Source: Geosiphon pyriformis uo1
Taxonomy: Eukaryota; Fungi; Glomeromycota
Direction of reading: 5' to 3'
Assembly: GCA_016748015.1 (NCBI GenBank)
Contig: JAAOMT010000109.1
Location: 359,461-423,460 of the forward strand
Length of the DNA stretch: 64,000 nt
Below the pieces are notes generated by a model. It was not told the DNA's origin, made no database searches, and saw nothing but the letters and a program-made list of their open reading frames with translations. The translations under genes were made by a program, and so were the position numbers. Below, one piece after another: positions 37,826 to 52,300 of this stretch; positions within the stretch are counted from its first letter, which is position 1, and each line of letters starts with the position of its first letter.

Positions 37826-38525
37826 TGTTATGGTTAAAACTTATACTCTTATTAATTATCACATATATTAATCACTGATGTCACATAATTAGCCACTCTA
37901 TTTTTAGAAAGTGATTATTAATCTGATTGTTGACTTAATCAATGATTTGATCATTGATTTAATCATTAATCTAGTTGTTGACCTAATCATTGACCACTTT
38001 TGATAACTATATAAGCAATGAATCTCTTAGCTGTAAAAAAACATGTAAAAATTAAAGAAATAAAAGAAATAAAATAACAATTTTATCTCAATTTTTCTCT
38101 TATTGCTAAATTTTTTTTCCTTATTTTTAAGTATCTGAACATCTTAGGATAAAAAATTACTTGTTGGCATTTACTTACTCTTTTTCTAACTTGTATAATT
38201 GTAGCATTTGAAAATTATTGAATAAAATATGACTAAAGAGCACATCTAATATCTGATATTGAATTCTAAGAATGCTGATATGAGACATAGAATTATATCA
38301 GATGTAATCATTTGTTGACAGTACAGACTATTTCTCTATCTTCAGATTCCCCAGTTACTTTTTGAAAAGTATAATGACTGAGATATTTTATGAGACTAAT
38401 CTTGCATATTGAATCTTTACTTATTTAATTCGCTTCTTAAAGTTAAAATCTCTTTGATTATTTCTATCACCTTACAATTTTGTTCTCTCTTGTTATCCAT
38501 TAGCTTGTTACTTCAACCCATAACA
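37826..38525 (+). repeat. F 5' LTR (700 bp) with a 12-bp tandem array
   Basis: 8-bp terminal inverted repeat; about seven TGACCTAATCAT-like units at ~37915-37997 before a TATATAA motif; PBS follows. Confidence 0.8.
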
Positions 38526-41500
38526 TAAAAGTAGTGCTCCCTATGAGATTGTCAAAATTTACTTTGTTTTCTGTTGTATGAGTGATTATTCATACTTGTT
38601 ACAACAATTAGAAGAACACTTTAAAGCACACAACAAAAATAATCTAGATTTTATTGAACTCAATTTTTTGCTCTCTTGCTTGATTTGTTTTCTCATTGAA
38701 AAACAATTTAGTAGACAATTCTAAGACTTTTGGAACTGGTTCCTGAATAACCATTCAGCTGAAACCTATACAGTCTATATAACTTATTACTTTGACCAAG
38801 CTTATCTTGAAAACAACTTTGAAGAAAAAAACAACAACATTAATCAACTTTTATATTCCACAACCTTTGAACAACAGCCCCTTAATTCTAAATATCTAAA
38901 TTACCAAATTCACATTTGGATTGCTGTCCATCAGCTAGTAGAGATTCCCTTTAAAACAGAAGAAAAAAATTATTAAACTGCTTCTGTTTTTGATCTCTTT
39001 TTAAGTAAATCAGAACACTTCACATAAACAGCTACTCCTGAACCAATAACTAATAATCTTATGCAACAAAACATTCTAATTGTCTTTCAAGACATACAAA
39101 CTGCTTTAGGACAAAGAAACAATATCTTATTATCATTATTTAAAAATAATGTCCAAGATTTAATTGAATGGTTAAATAATTTTGAAAGAGCTGTTATAGC
39201 CAATCAATATGATAATGAATACAAGTTCCAAATTGTTGGTGGCTACCTTTAAGGCTCCCCTGCTACTTGGTTCTTACAAAAAACCAATGGCAATGCTTAG
39301 CAAAGAATTATTATATGGGCATTAGCAAATGCTGAAAAAGACAATACCTCTTTTACTATCCAGTTTGAAATGAAATTTAGAACTCTTATCTTGATATCCA
39401 AATGGTACATAAAATTAGAAAAAAAAATCCAAGGTTCTAGTAAGGTTGTAACTGAATATGCAAAAGCAATCAGAAAATTAATCATACAGGTAGACTCTAA
39501 GAGAAACTAAACAGAAGAGCAAAAAACTTATTCCTTCACAAAAAAATTGAGAACTGATCTCTCATATGCTTTTTGGCCCCTTTTGGTCCTAAAAAACAAT
39601 CTCATAATTAATATGGCTATTGAACTAGCCCAACAAATTGAAGACAATCAAAGAATGCACTTGGAATTCACACTTTTAGTTTTTGTTCTTGCTTCTGTTA
39701 TGGTCTTTGCTTTCCAAATAGCTACTACCACTTTTGCTGCTCAAACTTAAGACCCAAATGAACAGTTAATAGACAAACTTACAGCTAATCTTGTCTGGTT
39801 ACTGAAACCCTTAGCCCAAGCAGTCAGAGAAAATCAACAAACTTAAAAATCCAGATTTGAATCTTGTTTTAATCAGCCTCAGCAGCCTTCTTACTAAAGA
39901 CAACAAAAATCTGGCCCACCTGTGTGTTATTACTGTGAATTAACTGAACATTTCTCAAGAAATTGCAATAATTTTTTTTGCCACTTTTAGCTTTTAAAAA
40001 CAATGATAATTAAAACAACAGAACCATCAACAACAATATTCCCAATTAAAAACCCAATCATGTCAACATCAATTTCTTTGAAGAGAATCCCCTAGTTGAA
40101 GCTATTGTTTATCAGCCTTTAAACTGGTAATTGCACTTCCAAAAAGTGAGAGTGCAAGCCAACCAAAAGAAAACTTTTTTTACACTTTTAACATAACTGA
40201 TGATAACCATAATATAGACAAACTAGCAATCAACACTTCTGATTTAACAAGAAAGAAAAAGAAAGCCAAAGTTGATTTCGTTCTAAATCCCAACAAAGTT
40301 TCTATTTTCACTGCTAATAACAATGAGCCACAAAAGGCCAAAGTTTTTAAGAATTTTCCAAAGTTAGAACCCCTAGAAATTGTGCAAAAATCTGGACTCT
40401 ATTCTGTTGTAAAAAATCTTATGAAAACCCCAACACATAATACTTTTGACCAGTTAATAACTTATTTACAGTTTAGAAAAAATCTTTGCAAATCATTAAT
40501 TTTAAAAAAAAAGACTCCAAAAACCAACAAACACTTTTGTCAAGCTGGATTTGTTGATAACAACAATGTTACCTTTTTAATTTGTAAAGCCCAAGTGATT
40601 GGTTACTTCATTGATCTGATTCTAGACAGTAGATTATCTGTTAATGTAATTGCCAAACACTTTCTTGAAACAATTAACAAAAAGATTGATAAATCTTTTA
40701 CTTAACCAATAACCAATATACATAGTAACAAGAAGAAAAGCCTAAACATAGCCAATACTATTCCTGTTTACATTAATAGTATCAGCATTAAAACTGACAT
40801 GAAAGTATCTAAAGCAAAAGAGTACATCATAATTGTTGACAATAAGTGGCTCAAGAAAGCCAAAATGCTACTTAACTATAAACTTTGTGAACTAACCATC
40901 AGATGTGGTAAAAAATTCATTGTGATTAAGTGCTGTTATTGGACAATTTCTCCAGTACTCAAGCAAAACCAAGAAGAAAAACAATCAGATGAATCAGATA
41001 ATGATAAGAGTGATGAAAAAGAAGATCAAGAAGAACAAGAAAAAACTGCTGAACTCACCTATACTATCTTTACTAACAATGGCAATCTATTGGACAATAT
41101 TAAAGCTGACAAAAAAGGAATCATAATAAATAGCAAGCTAATCTGTTGGTCCTACTATGATATTCTCAAAAGAACTTTTGATAGAAAACCTGGCAAGAAA
41201 GCAAAATACAGTTATTGGTAACATGGTTTTTGTGTCAAATGCTGGTGCAATGAACTTTTGTATTCCCTTAGTGATAAATGCAAATCCTGTCTAATTTATT
41301 ACAAAGATTGAAAGAATTAGTTTAATACCCAGAAAAAAACTAAAAAAAATACAGAAGTCCTTTGAAAATGAATTATTTGAAATCCAATCACTAGTTGTAG
41401 AACAAAGAGAACCTTCCCCTAAAGAAAAAAAAGTAGACATTGAAAATCTGTTAGCTAGAAATAGTCTAATTATCTTAAAAGAAGATAATATTCCTGGACA

Positions 41501-43740
41501 AATTCATGTGATAAAACACTATTACTACAAAAGAAACTTGTCCTATTCATTTAAAGCCTTATTAATCCAATTAACATAATAATGAGTTCATCAAAAAAAA
41601 GATAACCTGAATGAAAAACCTTGAATTCATACAAAAAACCAAGAGTAAATAGGCTTTTTCAGTTGTAGTAATATCCAAAAAAGATGGAACTTTACACTTT
41701 TGTGTTAATTACCACTAATTAAATGCCATTACTATAAGAGACATGTATTCACTCTCCAAAATTGATACAATGCTAGATAAATTCAATAGTGCTGCTTTTT
41801 TCTTAATCATTGACTTAACTGCTAGATTTTGGCAAGTAGAGATAAATTCAGAAAGCAAAAAGAAAACTGTCTTTATCACTAAGTATAGCACCTATAAATT
41901 CATAGTTATGTCTTTTGGTCTTACCAATGCTCCTTTCACTTTTCAATGCTTAATGGACAAAGTGTTTAAATCAGTAAAAGAAAACTTTGTCCTGGTTTAC
42001 TTAGACAACATAATAGTATACTCAAAAACCTAAGATGAATACCTTGAACATTTGCAGAAGGTTTTTGACCTGCTCAAAAATGCTGGTCTTAAGATCAATC
42101 TAATTAAATTTTTTTTTGGACATTAATTTATTCAGTTTTTTGGTCATCTTATTACAAAAGATAGAATCTTTCCTAATTCAACTAAGATTAAAAAAGTCCA
42201 AAACATTAGACAACCAATAAATGTTTCTAAACTATGCTTTTTCTTTGGTTTGACTTCTTACTATTGCAAATTTATTAAGAATTTCTTCAAAATTGTTTTT
42301 CTTTTCAATTAGCTACTCAGGAAAATGTCAATTACTATTAAGACATTTATCAACAAAAAGCTTTTGAAATTCTGAAGAAAAAACTTGTTACTGAGCTAAT
42401 CCTTAAGCAATCTGATCTGAACCAACCTTTTATCCTTCACATTGATACATCTGGTTATGAACTTAATGCTGTTCTTTCACAGAAAAATGAAAATAGCAGA
42501 GAACATGCCATTGCATATGCCAGTAGATTTTTTACACCAGCAGAAAAGAATTATTCAGTTACTGAACAAGAATGTTTGGCAGTAGTTTGAGCTACTAGTT
42601 ACTGGGATCAATATTTTTTTGGTGTAAAATTCTTAGTAGTAACAGATTATCAAGCCTTGTTTTGGCTGCACAATAAAAAGAAATTAGAACACAAATGAAT
42701 AACTCATTGGATACTCCACTTGGATAAATTCGACTATGATATACAATACTATAAAGAAGCAAATTATCAAAATGTCAACACTCTTTCTAGACTTATCATC
42801 CAATAATAGTACAACTTCTTAACCAAACCAACTTAATTATTAGTAATACCCTTATAAACAAACATGATAATGGACTTGGACAACTACTCTGTCTTAATAA
42901 AATTTTTGGGTAAAGAACAATACTCACTAAAATACACTTGACAGCAAAGAGAACATTTGCACAAACAATTAAATTTCTATTTGATCTACCAGAACCCATT
43001 ATATAAAAAAAACAGAAAAAATCCTGACCATTTTCAAAGAGTCATCAGATTTGAAGAAAGAGAAATTATAATATACAACATGTATATTGACCCATTAACT
43101 AGACACTTTGGAAAAACAAAAACAATTCAGAAAACTTTAGCTTACTATTATTGGATCTTTAATAATAACTTTTAATAACAACAGATATATTATCACAGCT
43201 ACTAACTATCTTACAAAGTGGGTAGAAGCAAGAGCTACTCCAGATCAAACAGCAGTTTTAATAGCCAATTTCATTTATAAAGCATTGTGGCTGCTTCAAA
43301 GAACTTTTATCTAATAAAAGAAAAGTTTTTCTTAATACACTAATTAAAAAACTTTGTAGAAAAATGGAAATATATTATAAACTTTTTTCTCCTTACCACC
43401 CTCAAACAAATAATCTAGTAAAATGTTTTAATAGAACACTGTGTAAAAATCTAGCCAAAACTAGTGAAAAAACAAACTTATAGGACAAAATACTGTCTTC
43501 AGCTTTGTTTGCTTATAGAACTGTGAATCATAACATAACAAGTTATGAACTTTTTTATTTGTTCTATGAATGCATAGCAACACTACAATAAAAACTGACA
43601 TTGAAACAATACTCTTTGAAGAGATTACAATAGGAAATTACAAAGACATTTTGCAAAGAAGACTTAGTATTATTCTTAAATTCTTGGTAGAAGCACAGAT
43701 AGCTATTGAAACACTAAAAAAAAAAAAAAAAAACAAGAAA
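37826..43740 (+). mobile_element. Gypsy element F (distinct family, no dUTPase), 3' end and 3' LTR deleted
   Basis: LTR 37826-38525 (TGTTATGG..CCATAACA); PBS tagtgctccctatgag 38532-38547; gag WLNNFERAVIANQY; knuckle CYYCELTEHFSRNC ~39926; LILDSR protease; RT DLTARFWQV..YLDN; IDTSG RNase H; integrase to ~43700. The right boundary is approximate. Confidence 0.85.
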
Positions 43741-43782
43741 TACATCATATTAGTGACCACTGAACTTAACAAAACATTAGTC

Positions 43783-44241
43783 AGATAAAATAATAAAGAA
43801 AGTAAAGAATACTTTTGAAAAAATACTCATAATCATTTTAACAAAGAAACTAATAAAAGAAATTTAAAAACACTGAACAGAACAATTTTCAATATTATAC
43901 TGTTACTATCAGTTGGAACAAAAGCTGAATATTCAAAAACTATACATTGACAAATCTAAAAAAATATTCAATCAAAAAATAATACAACAAATTGAAAACT
44001 TTATCAGAAAAAAAACAAACTTATTACTTTATATTAGAACAATCTATCAATTATATATTATATTTCAAAATTATTCAGAAATACTACTACACTCAGAAAT
44101 AAAAACAATAACCATTAACCAGTAAAGAAAAATGAACAACTTACAAGTAGATAACATAAAAACCAGAATCAAACAAATAATATTAAAAAAAAAATAGCAA
44201 AATTAATTCAAAATAAAAATTTCAACAGAGCTTAATATTAA
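43783..44241 (+). pseudogene. ORF3 homolog of element E (5' part lost)
   Basis: YCYYQLEQKLNIQKLY..IRTIYQLY..ITINQ aligns to FCYFHLEQHLSI.NLY..ARAIY.LH..ITVNQ of A. Ends GCTTAATATTAA before the PPT. Confidence 0.75.
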
Positions 44242-44255
44242 AAAGAAGGAAATAA

Positions 44256-45200
44256 TATTACTCATAGAAAAAAACACAAGAAAAATAGTAGATAAAATAG
44301 ATTAATAAAAGAAAAATATTGAGCATATAAGCACATTACTAGTGAATTATGGTATATTGCTCAGCAATGTCAACAAATTATGACACATTTTTCAGCAATA
44401 TGAGCAATGTTAATGAATTATAACATATTGCTCAACAATATAAACAATGTTAGTAGATTAGAGTATATCATTCAACAATATAAACATTGCTTAAAAAACT
44501 ATAGCACATTGTTCACAAATGTATAAGATCTCATAAAACATTAATTATGTATATATAGCAAAAGTATTAGAAGCAGAAAAGACAGAATTTCCAAAAAACA
44601 AAAATTCATAGTAAGAACACCTAATTAAAAGCAGTTTAAATCCATATTATATATCAATAAATTATCTATTACCACTTGAATCCATGTTATTATCATTTGA
44701 TTAAAAAATATCAAATCATTTTCACTCTATCAACACTCCATATTAATAAAAGTCAATATTTAATCACACTAAAACAATAGCTCTTGATTATAGCTATTAA
44801 CAGAATACTAATTCTTATTTTTTTTTTTTTTTTTATTTTTTTTTTATTTTTTTTATTTTTTTGTTGTTTGTTAATTTACTAACTGATTAAAAAGATTAAG
44901 CATTAAGTAATTAATGTCAAGAATAGTCTGGTAAAAAACCTTAAAAAAAAATATAGAGTTTAAAAAATTTATGGATAGCTTGCCAGAATAAACTGGTTAT
45001 CACATTAAAGAAAAAAATTTGATGAAATTGCAATTCTGAGAGACTACTAATACAACTATTAAAATTTTGTCCATTATATAAAAAACTTAACCAAAACTTT
45101 TAAACAATCAAAACTTTCAAAATTACTAATTATACTAGCTATTGAGCACCAATTATGAGTTTGTTATTTATTCTAACCATTTAAATAATCATCTGTAACA
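44256..45200 (+). repeat. E 3' LTR
   Basis: Follows PPT AAAAAGAAGGAAATAA and ends TGTAACA at 45200. Confidence 0.9.
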
Positions 45201-46558
45201 CCATTAATTATTATTAACAGAAACAATTATTATATAATAGTAGCTATAAACTATCTTACAAAATGGCCAGAAACAAAAGCAATTCAAAGAGCAGATGCAA
45301 AATTTGTAGCTGAATTTATTTACCAAAATTTGATTTGTTGACATAAATGTCTAAAAAAATTATTATTAGACCAAAGAACTTACTTTGTAAACAAAACATT
45401 AATAAAATTAAGTTAAAGATTTAGAATTAAGAGACTATTATTATCATTATATTATTTATAACCAAATAACTTAGTCAAAAAATTCAACAGAATATTGTGT
45501 AAAGTAATAGCCAAAATTAGCCAAAAAAACTAGAATAAATAGAATTTGTTTATGCCATTAGTATTATTGCTTATTAAACAATAAAGCAAAATACTATATA
45601 AGCAATATTATTTAAACTAATTTATAGTAAAACAGCAATATTACCAGTTGAGATAGATATTAATACATATCCAGCAAACTAATAACAGAAGCCAACTTCC
45701 AAAAAACATTGCTAAAGAGAACATATAATTTAATAAAAACATTAAAAAACAAAAAGTAAAAAACAGTTAATAATATCCAAAAGTTACAAGAAAAACAAAA
45801 AACAATATGATAATCAATTATTAAATAAACCAGTTGAATTTAGGATTAGAGACAAAGTACTTTTACATTATATCAAAATAGAAAAACAATAAAGTAAAAA
45901 ATTCAACCCCAAATAAAACAAACTATTTTACATTGAAAAAATTCTAAAAAATAGAGTTTATAAATTAAGATAAAACAACAAAATTTTAGTTAAAACAGTA
46001 TATAGAAATCAACTAAAACCATATTACAATATAGTATTATTATTTACCAGTAATATTCTATAACTAAGAGTACAATAAATACTAGTTCAACCAGATAAGA
46101 TTTTATAAAATTTAGAACCAATCATAATTATCAACACAAACATGTCAAATTAATATAGTAGAAAAATATAAAAAACCAATATATACAACAAAAGCAAACA
46201 GAAAAATAAAAATTACTGACAACATTCACTTAGTCATACAACAACTGTTTTAACTAATTCAACATCAACAATTAAACATAGAAATTACAATCAATCAACA
46301 AACTATTCAATACAAAGATAGAAAAAAAAAGCCAAAACATTAATACAAAATATTAAAAAATCAAAAAACATAGTAGATAATATATTAACAAAAGTAAGAT
46401 TATCAGTAGAAACCCCCAAAACAGCAATATTATATAAGAAATTAACCAAAAAAAACTGAAAATTGTAGATACAACAATTTTCAAGAAACTTTTACTATTA
46501 TTATTTAGGACAAAAACTCAATATTTAATATTTATATACTAACAACACAAAACAATTG
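45201..46558 (+). pseudogene. G2 integrase C-terminal part and 5' half of ORF3
   Basis: YLTKWPE(T/A)KAI; decayed SDQG and YHPQTNGLVERFN motifs; ORF3 ITDNIHLV.QQLF from ~46180. ORF3 resumes at 48099-48401. Confidence 0.8.
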
Positions 46559-48098
46559 GTAGTGTAGCTTCTTCTTCTGGTTGTTTTCCTCATGAGTGTG
46601 GTTGTGGCTCTTCTGACATCCGTCAGTCTCTTGGTTTTGGTGTTATTTGTAATGATCTGTTGAATGTTGGTGCTGCCTGCCTCTCTGTTTACACAGATGA
46701 ATCTCTGAGTAACTTGGGCACTGTTGACATGTTGGCTGGTGCTGCAGTTTTCTTTGAGAACATTGATTTGGGTCTGGATGTAAGAGTTTCTGGTTTGGTT
46801 TCTTCTACTTTGACAGAGTTGCAGGCCATTGCTTTAGCTCTTGAGTGTGTTCCTTCTTTTTGTTCAGTTGACTTGTTCTCAGACAGCCAGATGGTTATAG
46901 ATGCTTGCAAGTCAGAGTCATTATTAGTTGGCCCTGATTTCAGAAATCATTGTTGGATTGAGTATTGTCACATTACCAATGTTATTTGTCACAAAAATTT
47001 GGATGTTAATTGGATTAAAGTTAAGGGCCATTCAGGTGTTTCAAGCAACAAGTGTGCTGATGTGCTGGCTAAGGATGCTGCCCTTTCTGCCTAATATCTG
47101 CCCCACTTGGTCAGTAAGAGGTTTTTGAAGACTGGTGTTGATATGGTTTCTGGTAATTCGAGGCATTTTGTTTGTGACATATTCAGGTCAATCTATCGCG
47201 TACATTGGGAGATTGGTTCTGGTTTCCAGGTTGTTCCAGGTAGTTTGCGTGCTAATATTGACTGGTTGAAGTTTTCTCTGGTGTGGCACCCAAATTCTCA
47301 CATGGCGACTGGTTTTACTAGTGTTCAGATAACTGGCTTTTGTACATATTTCATGAAAGCCTTTCATCATCGTCTTTCTATAGCTGTACAAAAGCATCTG
47401 TATGATAAAGGTTATTCCAATGTAGTTTGTTTGTTTTGTGGTGAGGTTGAAGTCTCAGACCATGTCTTTTCTTGCTCTTCTGATACTGATATTTGCACTG
47501 GTTTGTTGAACACTTATGCAGCTGCCTGGGAGGTGTGTTCTGGTTTGTTTTGTTCTTCTTTGTGCATATTGCAGTTGTTGTCAACTTGCATTTTAGATGT
47601 GACTGTCAGTATGGCCCTATGTAAGAGTTTTGTTTTTGGTGATTGGTACCATGAGTCAGTTTCAGTTTACAAAGGTCCTAAGGTGGCAGTGGTTAATGTT
47701 GTAAATTTTGTACGTGAGTTTTGTTTTGCATTTCGTGATAATATCTGGCTGGTCCATGCAAAACACTGGACCATTATGAAGAAGAATAAGCTGATTCTAC
47801 GTGATGGTTTTTGTCACTGTTTCTGGTTTTTCTATGCGGCTTTCGGCTGGAGTAATTAGGTTGTTGGGTGTTGCTAATGTACTTGGCATTAGTTTTGGGT
47901 ATTGTAGGTGTTGTTTGTTTTATGCTGATGTTGATGACATAGCTTCTGTTTATATAAGTGCATAGTGTTGTTCTGACTAGTCTAAGTGTCTGGTCACATG
48001 TAGCAAAGACATGATTCATGTCTAGTTTAAATCATTTGAATGATGTATAGTTCTAGGTAACATTTGGACTTCATTCGCTAAACTTTAATAAAAAAAAA
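46559..48098 (+). mobile_element. 5'-truncated LINE L2a (RNase H, CCHC, 3' UTR, poly(A))
   Basis: VYTDES..AGAAVFF..ELQAIALAL..FSDSQ..VKGHSG..AD; CLFCGEVEVSDHVFSC; A-tail 48090-48098. Perfect 12-bp TSD ACAAAACAATTG at 46547-46558 and 48099-48110. Confidence 0.95.
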
Positions 48099-48415
48099 AC
48101 AAAACAATTGTTTAACATAACAATATTATACCAACTTAAACAATTTATGAGAAAAAACAACCTATTTATATAGATACAAGTTATATATTAATTACAAGCA
48201 AAATTTTAAGACTAACCAAAAATATTATTTTATCCAACAATTAACATAGTAATTATTAATCAATTGGAAAAAATTATTAATGTCCAATTCGAAAAATTAC
48301 AAATCAAAATTTCCCAAGTAATTCTCAAAAAAAAAGTTAAAGATTTAATTCAAGAAAAAAAGTTAGAAAATTTAGGAAATTTTAACCAAGTTCAATATTA
48401 AAAAGAAAAAAATAA

Positions 48416-49330
48416 TATTATTTATAGAAATTTAGAAATTTTTAATAAAGATATAAATTAGTTAATTAGAGATAGACATAGTAAAAAAAAATTTTAGAAT
48501 TTTTTTTAAGAAATTGCAGAATTTTAGAAATTTTAAAATTCCTCTTAAGAAATTATAAGATTTTAGGAATTTTAGAATTTCTCTTAAGGAATTACAAGAT
48601 TCCAAGAATTCTAGGATTTCTGGCTAGAAAAATTAAAGAAATTCAAAAAATTTTATATAATATTAATTATGTATATATAGTAAAAGTATTAAAAACAAAA
48701 AAAATAGAATTTAGTACAAAGTTAATACCAATAATCAATTAAATTATCCAATATTTCTCCTTTTAAAAAGTAGTTTTCTACAACTTAAATGGAATCAAAT
48801 TACATATTAATAAAAAATCAATTATTTTCTGAATTAATATTAGCATTGTTTGATTAAGAAATAGTAATTACTTCTACTCTATTAATATTCTATGTTAATA
48901 AAATTCAATACTTAACTATATTGAACCAATAACTTTTGATTATGGCTATTAACAAAATATTAATTTTTTATTTTTTTTTCTTATTTTTCTTTTATTTTTT
49001 TTTATTTTGTTTTGTCTTTTTGTTGTTTACTAATTAATTAAAAAATTAGCATACAAAATTATTAATGTCAAGAAAAACTAATAAAAAATCTATGAAATAA
49101 GAGCAGAAACTCAGAAATTAAAAATAGCTTACTAGAAAAAACTAGTCATCAAGCTGAAAAAAAATTCATAAAATAAGCTTTTAGGAAGATATTAAAACAA
49201 CTAATAAATTTCTGTCTATTATATAAAAAACTCAATTAAAATTTTCAAAATTACTAATATCATCAAGTTATTTAGCACCAAGTTATGAATTTGTTATTTG
49301 TTTTAACATTCTAAATAATCACTTGTAATA
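48416..49330 (+). repeat. G2 3' LTR
   Basis: Follows the ORF3 stop and PPT, aligns to 12760-13647 and ends TGTAATA. Confidence 0.88.
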
Positions 49331-52300
49331 TTAATTTGGATATATCAAATAAAATAGAAAATAGAACAATATTTTTTGTTCTACATGTAAAAAAATAATA
49401 CCAAAAAAATACAACTGAATTAAAGTTGTAATAAAAGAAAGAGTCTGTAATAAAACTTGTTAATATGTACTTTCAATTACAGAAAAATTAAAAAAAGAAA
49501 TCTTTTTAATACAACATATAACAGTATTCTTAATAAACTCTACTATTTCTTACATAATACTAAAATAATTTACAAACTAGTCATAATTTTAATTAATAAA
49601 AAAACCCAAAAAGAAGTATGCCAAATGAAAAAAGCAAAATACATTAAATATATAATAGAATTAGCTAGATTTAATTATGAAAATAAAATAAAAACCTATC
49701 ATTAAATCACAAGTTATGTCTACTTAACTAAAAAGACTCAAATTTAACAATTAAAGCAAATAAACATTCAACTATATAAAGAATGTACTATGTTCTGTGA
49801 TAACTAATAGTGTCTAAAATACTATACAATTAATATTTTTTTGTTCAGCAAAAATAATAAATACAAAATTGAATTTGAAAAACCTAAACCAAAAGAAAAA
49901 TTGTAATAATTCTGATCTATCTTACTGAAAATCAGTTTGCCATACAACTTCAATATTTTAACAACAATAAACAAAGAATAAAATCTGAAAAAGCCCACAA
50001 AATAGATACTGAATATAATCTACAATACCCAAAAAAAAATACTTTGGTTCTTTAACCAAAATCTCTGACAAAGATTACCTAAAAATTGCTCTCAAAATTT
50101 TACCAAAAGCAATAGTTTAAATTGCTTAACCAATCTACTTATTCTTAATTAACATTTTAGATTTACAATTAGTCAACAACAAAAAACAATTAAGAAAAAG
50201 TGAAAAAAAAATCCAAAATTTTGGTTTAACTTAATAATTCACAGTTCTAGTAAACATAATTTTTAATGCATAAAAAACAAATTTTACCAGATTTTTTGAC
50301 TTTTTCAACCAATTACTATTTTATTTTTTGAAAAATATTATGAAATTTACACTTGCCCAAAGCCTACTACTACCCAACAAATCTTTAAGGCAAATTAACA
50401 AATTTGTTTAAAACATGAAATCTTAATTTCAAACGTTTATATTTCAAAAAAAATGAAGAAATTTTAGTTATTTTCTATAATCCAAATATTCATCTTATTA
50501 TTTTATTAAATAAAATAGAAATTAGAATCATACATAGTAACATTTCCCAAGATAAAACTTTTTAGATTGTCTCTAATTTCATCGAAATTGTAAAATATAC
50601 CTTACTTTCAAACCCAAATATTATTTCTATTATTAAAAACTATTATATTTTAGAAGAAAAACTCTCTTAAATTAACATCAATTCCTTAGAATCACAACAA
50701 CAAAGACAATTAAAACAGTTGATTACAAAATATGCCAATATATTTGCCAAAAATAATAATAATTTTGTAAAAACTAATATATACAGCATCAAATTCATAC
50801 AGAAAATGCTCTATTAAAATGTTAACAAGCCTACCAAATTTCATCTGCTAGCCACCAATTTAGCAAAGAAAAAATTCAAAAAATGCTTAATAATAGTCTT
50901 ATTCAATTATTAAGAAGCTTTTGGGCTTTACTAGTAATTCTTATAAAAAAAAATAACAAAATCAAATTTGTGTAGACTATTGATAATTGAATAGTATTAT
51001 AATTAAAAATGCCTATTTATTATTAAAAATTAATAACATACTAGATGCTTTGAAAAAAATCAAGTTTTTTTCAACTTTAAATTTGAAAAACAGATACTAA
51101 CAAGTTAAAATAGACCCCAAAAACCATTCCAAAACAGCATTTACTACTTAAAAAAAAATTATGAGTTTAACATAATGCTTTTTAAACTTGTAATATACCA
51201 GCAATATTCCAAAGACTTATAAATATTATTTATGAAAGATTTTTATAGCAATCAATAATTATTTACTTAGATAACACTAATATATACTTTCCAAATTTTA
51301 AAGTCTATTTGATTTATCTATAAAAAGTTTTTCAATAATTACAAAAAACAGAATTAAAATTGAACATTAAAAAGTATTATTTTGGAAAAACAAGTTTAAT
51401 TTTCTAGAACATATTATCAGCAAAAATAGAATTTAATTTAATTCAGAAACAATTAGTGTTATTAAAAATTTTCAAATTACCCAAAATATTACAGAACTAA
51501 AAGAATTTGTAGAATTAGTTTTCTATTATTAAAAATTTATCAAAGAATTTTTTGAAATTGCTAAACCACTTAACTACCTAATTAATAAAAATGTGAAATA
51601 TTAATAAACACAAGCTCAACAATAAGCATTCAACACTTTCAAAAAGAAACTTACTACAGTTTTAATTCTTATACATAGCTTTTGGTATTATCCTATCACA
51701 ATTAGATAACAATAGCAATAAGCAAGTAATTACCTATGTTAATAGAACTCTTAAACCAACTGAACTAAAATATAAGTCTATTAAATTGAAAACAGCAGCT
51801 GTTATTTGAATTCTAAAATACTTTTAACAATATTTCCAAAATAAATCCTAATTCAATATTATTATAGATAATATTGGTCTTAAATAGCTTAACAAAAAAA
51901 ACTCTAAACTTAGTGCTAAATAATCTTAATAATTTGATTTCTAAGCAGACTACAAATATATTGTCTACTACAAACTAGACAATTTACATATAAATATAGA
52001 TAATCTTTCTAAAATAAAACAAAATTAGAATTAATACCAACAAACATCAACTCAACAATAGTCAAAAAATAAAAATAAATCCCAAAAATTACAACAATAT
52101 TTAAAACTATCTGGAAACTTTCAAAATACTAAAAAATTGGTCTTTAGCTAAAAAATACTAATTACAATACCAATTCAAACAATATTTCTTGCACTATAAT
52201 AAAATTTATTATTAAAATTGCTAAAATCTAACATATTAATTCAGATTAGTTCAACAAAATAAAAAAAACAATCTTATACAACATGTAAACAAATTCTTTA

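Larger units (their letters stand above)
29589..45200 (+). mobile_element. Gypsy element E (A-like internal region, different U3), containing F
   Basis: LTRs 29589-30522 and 44256-45200; PBS 30525-30541; TSD ttat (29585-29588) / ccat (45201-45204). Inserted in the G2 integrase. Confidence 0.9.
12760..49330 (+). mobile_element. Gypsy element G2 (host of A, E/F and a LINE); own segments 12760-19350, 29286-29588, 45201-46558, 48099-49330
   Basis: Paired LTRs 12760-13647 and 48416-49330. The coding sequence resumes in register across each nested insertion: RNase H at 19350/29286, integrase at 29588/45201, ORF3 at 46558/48099. Confidence 0.85.

Noticed and set aside
45030-45050. Group I intron R-like motif (TCTGAGAGACTAC)
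   Set aside because: It is not conserved in sister LTRs (GAAGCTAC) and there are no P, Q or S elements.
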